Below, piece after piece: positions 8,241 to 18,138 of a DNA stretch of 64,000 nt. Both the position numbers and the translations under genes were made by a program. Numbering within the stretch: the stretch's first letter is position 1; every line of letters begins with the position of its first letter. The stretch covers positions 94,429 through 158,428 of the forward strand of contig JAWKWX010000004.1 in NCBI GenBank assembly GCA_041397305.1, read 5' to 3'. A model generated the notes under the pieces. It made no database searches. It had not been told where the DNA came from and was given only the letters and a program-made list of their open reading frames with translations. Source of the stretch: Paracoccaceae bacterium. Lineage in GTDB: Bacteria; Pseudomonadota; Alphaproteobacteria; Rhodobacterales; Rhodobacteraceae.

Positions 8241-9593
8241 ATGAAAAAACTGCTGGCCGGAACGGCCCTTTTCGCACTTCTGGCGGGCGGCGCGCCCGCG
8301 CAGGATCTGAAGTTCGCGCCGGGCGAGGATGCACGGTTCAATTGGCAAAGCTTCACCGATTTCTCGGAGAAATACAACCTTGACGGGCAGTCGCTGACGA
8401 TCTTCGGCCCGTGGCGGGGCGAGGATCAGGTGCTGGTCGAAAGCATGCTGGCCTATTTCACCGCTGCGACCGGCGTGAAGGTCAATTATTCCTCGTCGGA
8501 AAATTACGAACAGCAGATCGTCATCGACACCCAGGCGGGATCGCCGCCCGATATCGCGGTCCTGCCGCAGCCCGGCCTCATCGCCGATCTCGCCTCGAAA
8601 GGCCTGCTTGCGCCCTTGGGTGACGAGACCACCGCCTGGCTCAGGGACAATTACGCGGCGGGCGACAGCTGGGTCGGCCTCGGCACCTACAAGGGCAAGG
8701 ACGGCACCCCGGCACTTTATGCCTTCCCCTACAAGATCGATGTGAAATCGCTCGTCTGGTATGTGCCCGAGAATTTCGAGGATGCGGGCTACGAAGTTCC
8801 CCAGACGATGGAGGAGCTGAAGGCCCTGACCGAGCAGATCGTTGCCGATGGCGGCACGCCCTGGTGCATCGGGCTCGGGTCCGGCGGCGCTACCGGCTGG
8901 CCCGCGACCGACTGGGTCGAGGACATGATGCTGCGCACGCAGGCGCCCGACGTTTATGACAAATGGGTCACGAACGAACTGCCGTTCAACGATCCGGCGG
9001 TGGTGGGGGCCATCGACGAGTTTGGCTGGTTTGCCCGCAACGACGCGTTCGTCGATGGCGGCGCGGCGGCTGTGGCGACCACGGACTTCCGCGACAGCCC
9101 GAAAGGCCTCTTCGCCTCGCCGCCGAAATGCTACATGCACCACCAGGCGTCCTTCATCCCGTCCTTCTTCCCCGAAGGCACCAAGCTGGGCCGGGATGCC
9201 GATTTCTTCTACATGCCGGCCTATGCGGGCAAGGACCTCGGCAAGCCTGTCCTTGGGGCGGGCACGCTCGCGATGATCACCAAGGACAGCGAGGCGGCGC
9301 GCGCCTTCATCGAATGGCTGAAGACGCCGATCGCGCATGAGGTCTGGATGGCGCAATCCGGATTCCTGACGCCGTTGAAGTCGGTGAATGTCGAGGCTTA
9401 CGGCAACGATGCGCTGAAAAAGCAGGGGGAAATCCTTCTGAACGCCACGACCTTCCGGTTCGACGGGTCGGACCTGATGCCCGGCAAGATCGGCGCGGGT
9501 GCCTTCTGGACCGGCATGGTCGATTATGCGGGCGGCAAGCCCGCCGCCGATGTCGCGGCCCAGATCCAGAAGGAATGGGACGCGATCAAGTAG
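8241..9593 (+). CDS. aglE: Alpha-glucoside ABC transporter, periplasmic substrate-binding protein
   Basis: 450 aa with signal peptide MKKLLAGTALFALLAGGAPAQ. First gene of an SBP / 2 permeases / GH13 / ATPase operon arranged as in Sinorhizobium aglEFGAK. Confidence 0.8.
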   Translation: MKKLLAGTALFALLAGGAPAQDLKFAPGEDARFNWQSFTDFSEKYNLDGQSLTIFGPWRGEDQVLVESMLAYFTAATGVKVNYSSSENYEQQIVIDTQAGSPPDIAVLPQPGLIADLASKGLLAPLGDETTAWLRDNYAAGDSWVGLGTYKGKDGTPALYAFPYKIDVKSLVWYVPENFEDAGYEVPQTMEELKALTEQIVADGGTPWCIGLGSGGATGWPATDWVEDMMLRTQAPDVYDKWVTNELPFNDPAVVGAIDEFGWFARNDAFVDGGAAAVATTDFRDSPKGLFASPPKCYMHHQASFIPSFFPEGTKLGRDADFFYMPAYAGKDLGKPVLGAGTLAMITKDSEAARAFIEWLKTPIAHEVWMAQSGFLTPLKSVNVEAYGNDALKKQGEILLNATTFRFDGSDLMPGKIGAGAFWTGMVDYAGGKPAADVAAQIQKEWDAIK

Positions 9594-9669
9594 GTCGCGC
9601 GACATTCTCATGAACTGCGCCGGGGGCGTTCCGCGCCCCCGGCCGATCGGACAGAGAACGGGGGCGTGC

Positions 9670-10680
9670 ATGGTACAGGTCTGGACGGCGCTTTTCACCA
9701 TCGTGCTCGGCATCTTCGCGGCCGTCAGCTGGTTCTGGGGCGCGAACTTCTGCCTGGACCGGCTTCTTCCCGCGCGTACCGGCGACCCCGTGCGGAATGC
9801 ACGTAACATCCACCGCGCGGGCCTGATCCGGCCCTGGCTGTTCCTTGGCCCCGCGATCCTCGCGCTTGGCCTCTATCTGGTCTATCCGGTCTGGGAGTCG
9901 CTGTTCCTGTCCTTCCATGGCAAGTCGGGGCGGGAGTTCGTCGGCGCTGCCAACTACCGCTGGCTGTTCGCTGATCCGGGGTTTCGCGAGTCGATCATCA
10001 ACAATTTCCTCTGGCTTCTGGTGGTGCCCGCCGCCTCGACCTTCCTGGGACTTCTCGCGGCGGCGCTGACCGACCGGATCGCCTGGGGCAATCTGGCGAA
10101 ATCGCTGATCTTCATGCCGATGGCGATTTCCTTCGTGGGCGCGGCGGTGATCTGGAAATTCGTCTATGACTATCGCTCGGGGGATGACGCGCAGATCGGC
10201 ATCCTGAACGCCCTCGTCACCTGGTTCGGGGGCGACCCGCAGGCCTGGATCGCGCTGCCGTTCTGGAACAACTTCTTCCTGATGGCGATCCTCGTCTGGA
10301 TCCAGACCGGGTTCGCCATGGTGATCCTGTCGGCCGCGCTGCGTGGCATCCCCGAGGAAACCATCGAGGCGGCGGTGCTCGACGGCGCGAACGGCATCCA
10401 GATCTTCTTCAGGATCATGGTGCCGCAGATCTGGGGTACGATCGCGGTGGTCTGGACGACGATCACCATCACGGTGCTCAAGGTCTTCGACATCGTTCTG
10501 GCGATGACCAACGGTCAGTGGAAATCGAACGTTCTGGCCAATCTGATGTTCGACTGGATGTTCCGGGGCGGTGGCGATTTCGGCCGGGGGGCGGCGATCG
10601 CCATCGTGATCATGGCCCTGGTGACGCCGATCATGATCTGGAACATCCGCAATGCCAGGGCCGAGATGGAGGGGCGCTGA
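9670..10680 (+). CDS. aglF: Alpha-glucoside ABC transporter permease
   Basis: MalF/BPD_transp_1-type membrane protein. I chose the start MVQVWTALFT (in-frame ATG 171 nt into ORF 9499..10680) because the upstream part overlaps aglE and is Arg/Pro-rich. Confidence 0.8.
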   Translation: MVQVWTALFTIVLGIFAAVSWFWGANFCLDRLLPARTGDPVRNARNIHRAGLIRPWLFLGPAILALGLYLVYPVWESLFLSFHGKSGREFVGAANYRWLFADPGFRESIINNFLWLLVVPAASTFLGLLAAALTDRIAWGNLAKSLIFMPMAISFVGAAVIWKFVYDYRSGDDAQIGILNALVTWFGGDPQAWIALPFWNNFFLMAILVWIQTGFAMVILSAALRGIPEETIEAAVLDGANGIQIFFRIMVPQIWGTIAVVWTTITITVLKVFDIVLAMTNGQWKSNVLANLMFDWMFRGGGDFGRGAAIAIVIMALVTPIMIWNIRNARAEMEGR

Positions 10681-10681
10681 G

Positions 10682-11812
10682 ATGGCCAACAATCCCTATC
10701 GCTGGGCCGTTCATCTGTCGGTCGTGCTGTTCGTGGTTCTCTGGACGCTGCCGACCTTCGGCCTGTTCGTCACCTCCTTCCGCGACAAGGACCAGATTGC
10801 CGTGTCCGGCTGGTGGACGGCGCTTGGATCGGCCACCCGCAACGACATGTTCCGCGCGCCGGCCGGCGAGGGCGAGGTGGAGGAGGGCGGACGGTTCACC
10901 CTGACCGGATCGGTCTTCGCGGGCGCGGGCGGGCATGTGAAGGCCTTCGGCATCTCCTCCAAGGCGCCGGACGCGTTCGCAGCCGGGGAAAGCGCCGACC
11001 TTGGCGATGGTGAAAGCCTGACCGTGGCGCAAGATGGCACCTTCACCCTTGCCGGACCCGAAAGCTTCAAGGACAGGCGCGGGCAGCGCATCTTCTTCAC
11101 CGCGACCACGCCGCCCGCCTTCACGCTCGACAATTACCGCGCGGTCCTCTTCGCCGAGGGGCTCGGCCGGTCGTTCCTGAATTCCGCCACCGTCGCGATC
11201 CCCTCGACCGTCATTCCGATCCTGATCGCCGCTTTTGCCGCCTATGCGCTCAGCTGGATGCAGTTTCCGGGCCGGGCGCTTCTGGTCGCGGCCATTGTCG
11301 GGCTCTTGGTCGTGCCCCTGCAGATGTCGCTGATCCCCTTGCTGCGCATCTATAATGCGGCGGGGCAGGCGCTGGGGTTCGATCCGAAAAGCTATATCGG
11401 CATCTGGCTTGCCCATACCGGATTCGGCCTGCCGCTCGCCATCTATCTCTTGCGCAACTACATGGTCGGCCTGCCGAAGGAGATCATGGAAAGTGCCCGC
11501 GTCGATGGTGCGACCGATTTCCAGATATTCACCCGGATCGTGCTGCCCCTGTCGTTCCCGGCGCTTGCGAGTTTCGCGATCTTCCAGTTCCTCTGGACCT
11601 GGAACGACCTTCTGGTGGCGCTCGTCTTCCTCGGGCCGCAGGATGACAAGCTGGTGCTGACGGGCCGTCTGGTGAATCTCCTCGGGTCGCGCGGCGGCGA
11701 CTGGGAGATCCTGGCCGCCTCCGCCTTCGTCTCGATCGCGGTGCCGATCCTCGTTTTCTTCGCTTTGCAGAAATATCTCGTGCGCGGCCTTCTGGCCGGC
11801 TCGGTCAAGTGA
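10682..11812 (+). CDS. aglG: Alpha-glucoside ABC transporter permease
   Basis: MalG-type permease. Start MANNPYRW lies 1 nt after the aglF stop. EAA-like loop ESARVDGATDFQIFTRIVLP. Confidence 0.8.
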   Translation: MANNPYRWAVHLSVVLFVVLWTLPTFGLFVTSFRDKDQIAVSGWWTALGSATRNDMFRAPAGEGEVEEGGRFTLTGSVFAGAGGHVKAFGISSKAPDAFAAGESADLGDGESLTVAQDGTFTLAGPESFKDRRGQRIFFTATTPPAFTLDNYRAVLFAEGLGRSFLNSATVAIPSTVIPILIAAFAAYALSWMQFPGRALLVAAIVGLLVVPLQMSLIPLLRIYNAAGQALGFDPKSYIGIWLAHTGFGLPLAIYLLRNYMVGLPKEIMESARVDGATDFQIFTRIVLPLSFPALASFAIFQFLWTWNDLLVALVFLGPQDDKLVLTGRLVNLLGSRGGDWEILAASAFVSIAVPILVFFALQKYLVRGLLAGSVK

Positions 11813-11819
11813 GGTTTCC

Positions 11820-13433
11820 ATGAACATGATGACCCAGATGCAGAACCGCCAATTGCCGGGCGACACCGAATGGTGGCGCGGCGCGGTGATCTATCAGATC
11901 TACCCGCGCAGCTTTCAGGACACCAATGGCGACGGGATCGGCGATCTGGCGGGGATCACCCGGCGGCTCGACTATGTGGCGCGTCTCGGCGTCGATGCGA
12001 TCTGGATTTCGCCCTTCTTCACCTCTCCGATGAAGGACTTCGGCTATGATGTCGCCGATTACCGCGATGTCGATCCGATGTTCGGCACGCTGGCCGATTT
12101 CGACGCGCTGGTGGCGCGGGCGCATGAACTGGGCCTGAGGGTGATGATCGACCTCGTCCTGTCGCACACATCCGACCAGCACCCGTGGTTTCAGGACAGC
12201 CGTTCCGGGCGCGGCGCGGAGAAGGCCGACTGGTATGTCTGGGCCGACCCGAAGCCCGACGGAGCCGTGCCGAACAACTGGCTGTCGGTTTTCGGCGGTT
12301 CGGCCTGGGCCTGGCATGGCGGGCGGATGCAATATTACCTGCACAATTTCCTGTCCTCGCAGCCCGACCTGAATTTCCACAATCCGGCGGTGCAGGCAGC
12401 GCTTCTGGATGTCGCGCGCTTCTGGCTGGAGCGCGGGGTCGACGGGTTCCGGCTCGATACGATCAATTTCTATTTCCACGACGCGGAACTGCGCGACAAT
12501 CCGGCGCTGCCCGCCGAGGCGCGCAACGATTCCATCGCCCCCCTCGTCAATCCCTACAATTGGCAGGATCACGTCTACTCGAAAAATCGTCCGGAAAATA
12601 TTGATTTCCTGAAGAAACTTCGCGCCCTGATGAACCGGTTTGGCGCGGCAGCGGTGGGCGAGGTCGGCGATGCGCAGCGCGGGCTGGAGATCATGGGCGA
12701 ATATACCTCGGGCGCCGACCGGATGCAGATGTGCTATTCCTTCGATTTCCTTGCCCGCGAGCGGCTGGGCGCCGCCGACATAGCCGCGATCTTCGCCCGG
12801 CTGGAGGCGAAGGTGCCGGGCGCCTGGCCCTGCTGGGCCTTTTCCAACCATGACATGCCACGCCATATCTCCCGCTGGCAACTTTCCGACGCTGCGGCAA
12901 AGGCTTACATGACGCTTCTCATGTGCCTGCGCGGCTCTGCCTGCCTCTATCAGGGCGAGGAGCTGGGCCTCAGCGAGGCCGAGATCGGCTTTGACGATCT
13001 GCAAGACCCTTATGGTCGCGAATTCTGGCCCGAGTTCAAGGGCCGCGACGGGTGCCGGACGCCGATGGTCTGGCAGCGCGACAATGGATCGGGTGGCTTT
13101 TCCAGCGGCCGGCCATGGCTTCCGGTGCCCGCCGACCATCTCGCGCGCGCCGTCGATGCGGCCGAGGCAGAGGCGGACGGCCTGTTGCAGCACTACCGCC
13201 AGATGCTTGCCTTCCGGCGCGCCCATCCGGTTCTGGCCAAGGGCGACCAGTCGGCAATGCGCGCGGAAGGAGATGTCTTGTGCTTCGAGCGGTCCGACGC
13301 GGGTCAGCGGATTTTCGTCGCCATCAACCTCTCGGCGCAGGCCGCGACAGCATGGGTAGGGGGCGCGGATGCGGCGGCGCGGGGGCCGGTCGAGCTCGGC
13401 CCCTGGGGCACGGCGCTAGTGGTGGAGGCGTAG
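11820..13433 (+). CDS. aglA: GH13 alpha-glucosidase (oligo-1,6-glucosidase/sucrose isomerase-like)
   Basis: 537 aa with GH13 conserved regions DLVLSHTS, GVDGFRLDTINF, GEVGD and FSNHD. Confidence 0.9.
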   Translation: MNMMTQMQNRQLPGDTEWWRGAVIYQIYPRSFQDTNGDGIGDLAGITRRLDYVARLGVDAIWISPFFTSPMKDFGYDVADYRDVDPMFGTLADFDALVARAHELGLRVMIDLVLSHTSDQHPWFQDSRSGRGAEKADWYVWADPKPDGAVPNNWLSVFGGSAWAWHGGRMQYYLHNFLSSQPDLNFHNPAVQAALLDVARFWLERGVDGFRLDTINFYFHDAELRDNPALPAEARNDSIAPLVNPYNWQDHVYSKNRPENIDFLKKLRALMNRFGAAAVGEVGDAQRGLEIMGEYTSGADRMQMCYSFDFLARERLGAADIAAIFARLEAKVPGAWPCWAFSNHDMPRHISRWQLSDAAAKAYMTLLMCLRGSACLYQGEELGLSEAEIGFDDLQDPYGREFWPEFKGRDGCRTPMVWQRDNGSGGFSSGRPWLPVPADHLARAVDAAEAEADGLLQHYRQMLAFRRAHPVLAKGDQSAMRAEGDVLCFERSDAGQRIFVAINLSAQAATAWVGGADAAARGPVELGPWGTALVVEA

Positions 13434-13436
13434 GCA

Positions 13437-14522
13437 ATGGCCGATCTGAAACTGACCTCGGTCGCGAAAAGCTATGGCGATGTTCAGGTGCTCAGGAACA
13501 TCGATCTCGATATCAGGCGCGGTGAGCTGATTGTCTTCGTCGGCCCGTCGGGCTGCGGCAAGTCCACGCTGCTGCGGATGATCGCGGGGCTGGAGACGAT
13601 CAGCGGCGGGGTGCTGGAAATCGACGGCGTGCGGATGAACGATGTGCCCGCCTCGCAGCGTGGCATTGCGATGGTCTTTCAATCCTACGCGCTTTATCCG
13701 CACATGTCGGTGCGCGACAACATGGCCTTCGCGCTGAAGATCGCAAAGAAGCCCAAGGCCGAGGTCGATGCGGCCATCGAGAAGGCTGCGCGCATCCTGC
13801 AGCTGACGCCCTATCTGGACCGGCTGCCCAAGGCCCTGTCCGGCGGGCAGCGCCAGCGCGTGGCGATCGGCCGGGCGATCGTGCGCGACCCGAAGGTCTA
13901 TCTCTTCGATGAACCCCTGTCGAACCTCGATGCCGCCCTGCGGGTCGCGACGCGGATCGAGATCGCGCAGCTGAAGGAACAGATGCCCGATTCGACGATG
14001 ATCTACGTGACCCATGATCAGGTGGAGGCGATGACGCTCGCCTCGCGGATCGTGGTCCTGAACAAGGGCGGTATCGCCCAGGTCGGCTCGCCGCTGGAAC
14101 TTTATGAGCGGCCGGAGAATGAATTCGTGGCGCAATTCATCGGCTCGCCCGCGATGAACCTTCTGGACGGCCAAGTGACCGCGACCGGCGCCGAGACCGA
14201 GGTTCGGCTGAAAGGCGGCGGCACGGTGCGCTCATCGGTGCCGACGGAGGCGGGCCTGCAAGGTGCCGCTGTCCGGGTCGGTATCCGGCCGGAACATTTC
14301 ACGCCAACCGATGGCGCGGCGACCTATCGCGGCGAGGTAGAGATTACCGAGGCCCTGGGCGAGGTGACGCTTCTCTATTTCAGGGCCCCGGACGGCGACG
14401 CACCGGTGATCGCCAAGCTGCCCGGCATTCATGCGGGCGTTCGCCACCGGGAGGTCGCACTGTCGGTGACGCCGGACAAGGTGCATCTCTTCCGCGATGG
14501 CCGGTCGCTTCTGGCGCGCTGA
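13437..14522 (+). CDS. aglK: Sugar ABC transporter ATP-binding protein (MalK-like)
   Basis: 361 aa: Walker A GPSGCGKST, signature LSGGQRQR, Walker B LFDEPLSNLD, and a MalK-type C-terminal regulatory domain. Confidence 0.9.
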   Translation: MADLKLTSVAKSYGDVQVLRNIDLDIRRGELIVFVGPSGCGKSTLLRMIAGLETISGGVLEIDGVRMNDVPASQRGIAMVFQSYALYPHMSVRDNMAFALKIAKKPKAEVDAAIEKAARILQLTPYLDRLPKALSGGQRQRVAIGRAIVRDPKVYLFDEPLSNLDAALRVATRIEIAQLKEQMPDSTMIYVTHDQVEAMTLASRIVVLNKGGIAQVGSPLELYERPENEFVAQFIGSPAMNLLDGQVTATGAETEVRLKGGGTVRSSVPTEAGLQGAAVRVGIRPEHFTPTDGAATYRGEVEITEALGEVTLLYFRAPDGDAPVIAKLPGIHAGVRHREVALSVTPDKVHLFRDGRSLLAR

Positions 14523-14525
14523 GGG

Positions 14526-14663
14526 TCAGAACATCCAGTAGGTGGACAGGTAGAAACCCGTGGTGATGAAAAGCGCCGACGAGGTCAGGCCCATGAGCAC
14601 GAGCCTGACCGCGCCGACGGCAGCGCTTTCAGCGATCGAGCGTGAAGGTTGATATGCGGTCAT
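14526..14663 (-). CDS. Possible small membrane protein (45 aa, MTAYQPSRSIAESAAVGAVRLVLMGLTSSALFITTGFYLSTYWMF)
   Basis: My own translation (below the ORF-track cut-off). Hydrophobic C-terminal helix, good GC3 in the distal two thirds, G-rich stretch upstream of the ATG. It lies just downstream of the ABC ATPase on the same strand. The start is uncertain and a competing 21-aa frame overlaps it. Confidence 0.3.
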   Translation of the reverse strand: MTAYQPSRSIAESAAVGAVRLVLMGLTSSALFITTGFYLSTYWMF

Positions 14664-14762
14664 GCGTCTCATACCCCCGATCAGAAACCGACATGGTTTC
14701 CTTCCGGTTAAGTGAAACGCGCATTTCTGCCGGGGTCAACGTTTTTTGCCCCGACTTTGCCT

Positions 14763-16850
14763 TTATTCCGCCGCAATCGCGATTACCGGCTCCATGTTCG
14801 CGAACTCTGCATCCGGCAGGTGGCACTTGATCTCGTGTCCGGAGGCGATCTTGCGCATCGGTGGCACCTCTTTCTCGCACAGCCCGCCCGCGACCTTGGA
14901 TTTCCAGTGGCAGCGGGTCTGGAACGGGCAACCCGGCGGCGGGTTCATTGCCGAGGGGATCTCGCCCTCAAGCACGATGTGCCGTTTCGTGACATGCGTG
15001 TCCGCAATCGGAACCGCCGACAGAAGCGCCTCGGTATAGGGGTGGTAGGGGGGGGAGAAGACCTGGTCGGTCGTGCCGATCTCGACCACATGGCCGAGAT
15101 ACATGACCATCACCCGGTCGGAGAGATAGCGCACGATCGAGAGGTCGTGGCTGATGAAAAGGAGCGTCGTCTTGTTCTTGCGCTGGATCTCCATGAGAAG
15201 ATCGGTCACGGCCGCCTGGACAGACACGTCGAGGGCGGACACCGGTTCATCCGCGACCACGACCTTGGCGCCGCCCGCAAAGGCCCGTGCGATGCCGACC
15301 CTTTGCTTCTGGCCGCCCGACAGCTGGCGCGGCATGCGGTCGGCGAAGGAGCGGGGCAGTTTCACCAGATCGAGGAGTTCCAGCATCCGGGCGGTCCGTT
15401 CGGCATCGTTCGCACCCTCGCCGAAGATTTCGAGCGCGCGGATGATCTGGCGGCCGACCGTCATCGACGGATTCAGAGTGTCGAACGGGTTCTGGAACAC
15501 CATCTGCACGCCGGACACGGTTTCGGTCGTACGTTTCTCGATCGGCGTGTTCTGGATATCGCGATCATAGAGCATGATCTTGCCGTCGGTCGCGGTCTCG
15601 AGCCCCATCAGCACCTTGGCGAAGGTCGACTTGCCGCAGCCGCTCTCGCCGACGATGGCGAGCGTCTCGCCCTCGTGCGCCTCGAAGCTGAGCGTTTCGT
15701 TGGCTTTCACCACCTTCTTCAGGCCGCCGCCGAACATGCCGGAGGACACCTCGTAATATTTCTTCACATCCTCCATCTTCAGCACGACCTTGCCGATCTC
15801 GCCCCGGGCCGCGCCCTGCTTGACCTTTGGTTTTGCGGTCCAGTCGATCTCGTCCACGCGCCGGCACCGGCTTTCGTGGCGCTCGTCCCCGGCGATCGGG
15901 ACCATCGGAATATCTCCCGCATCGCAGAGTCCGGACTGGAAGTAGGAACAGCGCGGGCCGAAGTTGCAGCCCTTGGGGCGTTCGTGGGGCAGGGGGAAAT
16001 TGCCCGGGATCGCGACAAGGGGCCTTGCGTTCTTGTCGGCGCCCGGCAGCGGGATCGACCGGAAGAGCGCCTGCGTGTAGGGATGCTGCATCTTGTTGAA
16101 GACATCGACGATCGAGCCGGTTTCGACGGCCTCGCCCGAATACATCACGCAAAGCCGGTTGCAGACCTCCAGCACCAGCCCGAGATTGTGGCTGATGAAG
16201 AGCATGGACGTGCCGTATTTCTTGCCGAGATCCTTCACCAGATCGACGACGGCTGCCTCGACCGTGACGTCGAGCGCGGTCGTGGGTTCGTCGAGGATCA
16301 GGAGCGAGGGTTTCGACATCAGCGCCATGGCGATGACGATGCGCTGCTGCTGGCCACCCGAAAGCTGATGGGGAAAGGCGTTCACGATGCGCTCTGGGTC
16401 GGGCAGACGGACATCGCGCACCACTTCCAGCGCGCGCTTGCGCGCCTCCTCGGCCGAGATGCCTTCGTGGATCATCGGCACTTCCATCAGCTGCTTGCCG
16501 ATCTTCATCGCCGGGTTCAGCGATGCCATCGGCTCCTGATAGATCATGGCGATTTCCTTGCCGCGAATATGGCGCAGCTCTTCGTCGCTCATCGTCGTGA
16601 GGTCACGGCCCTTGAACTTGATGGTGCCGCCGACGATCCGGCCGTTCTTGCCGAGGTCGCGCATGACGGCGAGCGCGACAGTCGACTTGCCGCAACCGCT
16701 CTCGCCGACAAGGCCCATCGCCTCGCCGGGCATCACCTTGCAGGAAAAATCCATCACGGCGGGGATTTCGCGAAGCCGGGTGAAGAAGGAAATCGACAGG
16801 TGGTCGATCTCGAGGATCGGCTGCGACGGGTCCCAGTTGGTGGCGGTCAT
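14763..16850 (-). CDS. Fused double ATP-binding protein of a peptide/opine-type ABC importer (DppD-DppF fusion, GsiA/YejF-like)
   Basis: 695 aa with two complete ABC cassettes (GESGCGKST twice, LSGGQ(Q/K)QR twice). Confidence 0.9.
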   Translation of the reverse strand: MTATNWDPSQPILEIDHLSISFFTRLREIPAVMDFSCKVMPGEAMGLVGESGCGKSTVALAVMRDLGKNGRIVGGTIKFKGRDLTTMSDEELRHIRGKEIAMIYQEPMASLNPAMKIGKQLMEVPMIHEGISAEEARKRALEVVRDVRLPDPERIVNAFPHQLSGGQQQRIVIAMALMSKPSLLILDEPTTALDVTVEAAVVDLVKDLGKKYGTSMLFISHNLGLVLEVCNRLCVMYSGEAVETGSIVDVFNKMQHPYTQALFRSIPLPGADKNARPLVAIPGNFPLPHERPKGCNFGPRCSYFQSGLCDAGDIPMVPIAGDERHESRCRRVDEIDWTAKPKVKQGAARGEIGKVVLKMEDVKKYYEVSSGMFGGGLKKVVKANETLSFEAHEGETLAIVGESGCGKSTFAKVLMGLETATDGKIMLYDRDIQNTPIEKRTTETVSGVQMVFQNPFDTLNPSMTVGRQIIRALEIFGEGANDAERTARMLELLDLVKLPRSFADRMPRQLSGGQKQRVGIARAFAGGAKVVVADEPVSALDVSVQAAVTDLLMEIQRKNKTTLLFISHDLSIVRYLSDRVMVMYLGHVVEIGTTDQVFSPPYHPYTEALLSAVPIADTHVTKRHIVLEGEIPSAMNPPPGCPFQTRCHWKSKVAGGLCEKEVPPMRKIASGHEIKCHLPDAEFANMEPVIAIAAE

Positions 16851-16879
16851 GATCGTCTCCCGGGTCTGGTTCTGGGAGG

Positions 16880-16949
16880 GAGGCCGGGGGCTCTGCCCCC
16901 GGACCCCCGGGATATTTGGAAACGGAAGAGGGGCAGGGGCCTCTCTTCC
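16880..16949 (+). repeat. REP-like intergenic repeat, copy A (hairpin CCGGGGGC-tct-GCCCCCGG + ACCCCCGGGATATTTGG tail + second hairpin GGAAGAG..CTCTTCC)
   Basis: A 26-nt string ccgggggctctgcccccggacccccg is identical to 38115-38140. The element fills the intra-operon gap between the permease stop (16950) and the ATPase start (16850). Confidence 0.8.
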
Positions 16950-18137
16950 CTAGTCTTTCAGGCTTTCCTCGCGCAGGCCGTCGGCGAGGAGGTTCAGGCC
17001 GAGAACGAGGCTCATCAGCGCGATGGCAGGCACGAGGGCGGGCCAGGGCGCGATGGTCAGAAGCTTGCGGCCCGCGTTGATGGTCGAGCCCCAGTCAGGG
17101 CTTTCAGGCGACAGGCCGAGGCCGAAGAAGCCCAAGGTTCCCAGAAGGATCGTGGTGTAGCCGATCCTCAGGCAGAAATCCACGATCAGCGGGCCGCGCG
17201 CGTTGGGCAGGATCTCCCACAGCATGATGTACCAGGGCCGTTCGCCGCGGGTCTGGGCGGCGGAGACATAGTCGCGCGTCTTGATGTCGAGGACGAGGCC
17301 GCGGACGATGCGGAACACGGTGGGCGCATTCACGAAGACGACCGAGACGAAGACGATCAGGATGTTCGCCGGCATATGGATGAAATCCAGCGCCTGCGGC
17401 AGGACGGAGACCTTGGTGTCGGCTTCGCTGACGAGGCTGAGGTAGGCCCAGCCGCCGAGCACGAGGATCACCGCGATCACCATGTTGCGAAAGCCGGGGG
17501 TCACATAATAGCGCGAGTTCACCAGAAGGACGAGGAAGAGGAGCGGCAGGACGAAGAGGACCACCGCGAGATATTGCGGCAGGCCGGTTTCCACGATCTC
17601 TGGCGTGACCAGCAGATAGAAGAGAAGAATGACCGGGAAGGCGAGAACGAGGTTCGCCAGGAACGACAGGCCGGTGTCGAAAAGTCCGCCGTAATAGCCT
17701 GCCGGCAGCCCGAGCGTCACGCCGACCATGAAGGCGAACATCGTGGCCATGGGTGCGATCTGGATCACGATCCGGCTGCCCGCCACCATGCGCGAGAAGA
17801 CGTCGCGCCCGAGGTTGTCGCCGCCGAGGAGGTAATGGCCGGACCCGTCCGGGACCGGGGTTCCGGGCAGCGCGTTCTTCATCTGCGCAATCTGGCTCAG
17901 AACATCGCGCGTCTCGATCAGCGGCGCGAAAAGCGCGGTGAAGACCCAGAACATCACGAAGGCAAAGCCGATCATGCCGACGGTCGAATCGAAGAGCTTG
18001 CCGTAAAGCCCCAGGCGCCGCTTGAAGGTGATGGAAAGCGCGAAAGTGGCGATCAGCGCGATCCAGACCGGAAGGAAGAGACGAAGGATGGTGGCGAGGA
18101 TGGCGCCCCAGGCAAGCGGTTCCATGGCGGTTTCCAT
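16950..18137 (-). CDS. ABC transporter permease (DppC-like)
   Basis: Multi-pass membrane protein. I place the start at METAMEPLAW (18137), 1 nt after the upstream permease stop; the ORF-track maximum is 18173. Confidence 0.85.
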   Translation of the reverse strand: METAMEPLAWGAILATILRLFLPVWIALIATFALSITFKRRLGLYGKLFDSTVGMIGFAFVMFWVFTALFAPLIETRDVLSQIAQMKNALPGTPVPDGSGHYLLGGDNLGRDVFSRMVAGSRIVIQIAPMATMFAFMVGVTLGLPAGYYGGLFDTGLSFLANLVLAFPVILLFYLLVTPEIVETGLPQYLAVVLFVLPLLFLVLLVNSRYYVTPGFRNMVIAVILVLGGWAYLSLVSEADTKVSVLPQALDFIHMPANILIVFVSVVFVNAPTVFRIVRGLVLDIKTRDYVSAAQTRGERPWYIMLWEILPNARGPLIVDFCLRIGYTTILLGTLGFFGLGLSPESPDWGSTINAGRKLLTIAPWPALVPAIALMSLVLGLNLLADGLREESLKD

Positions 18138-18138
18138 C

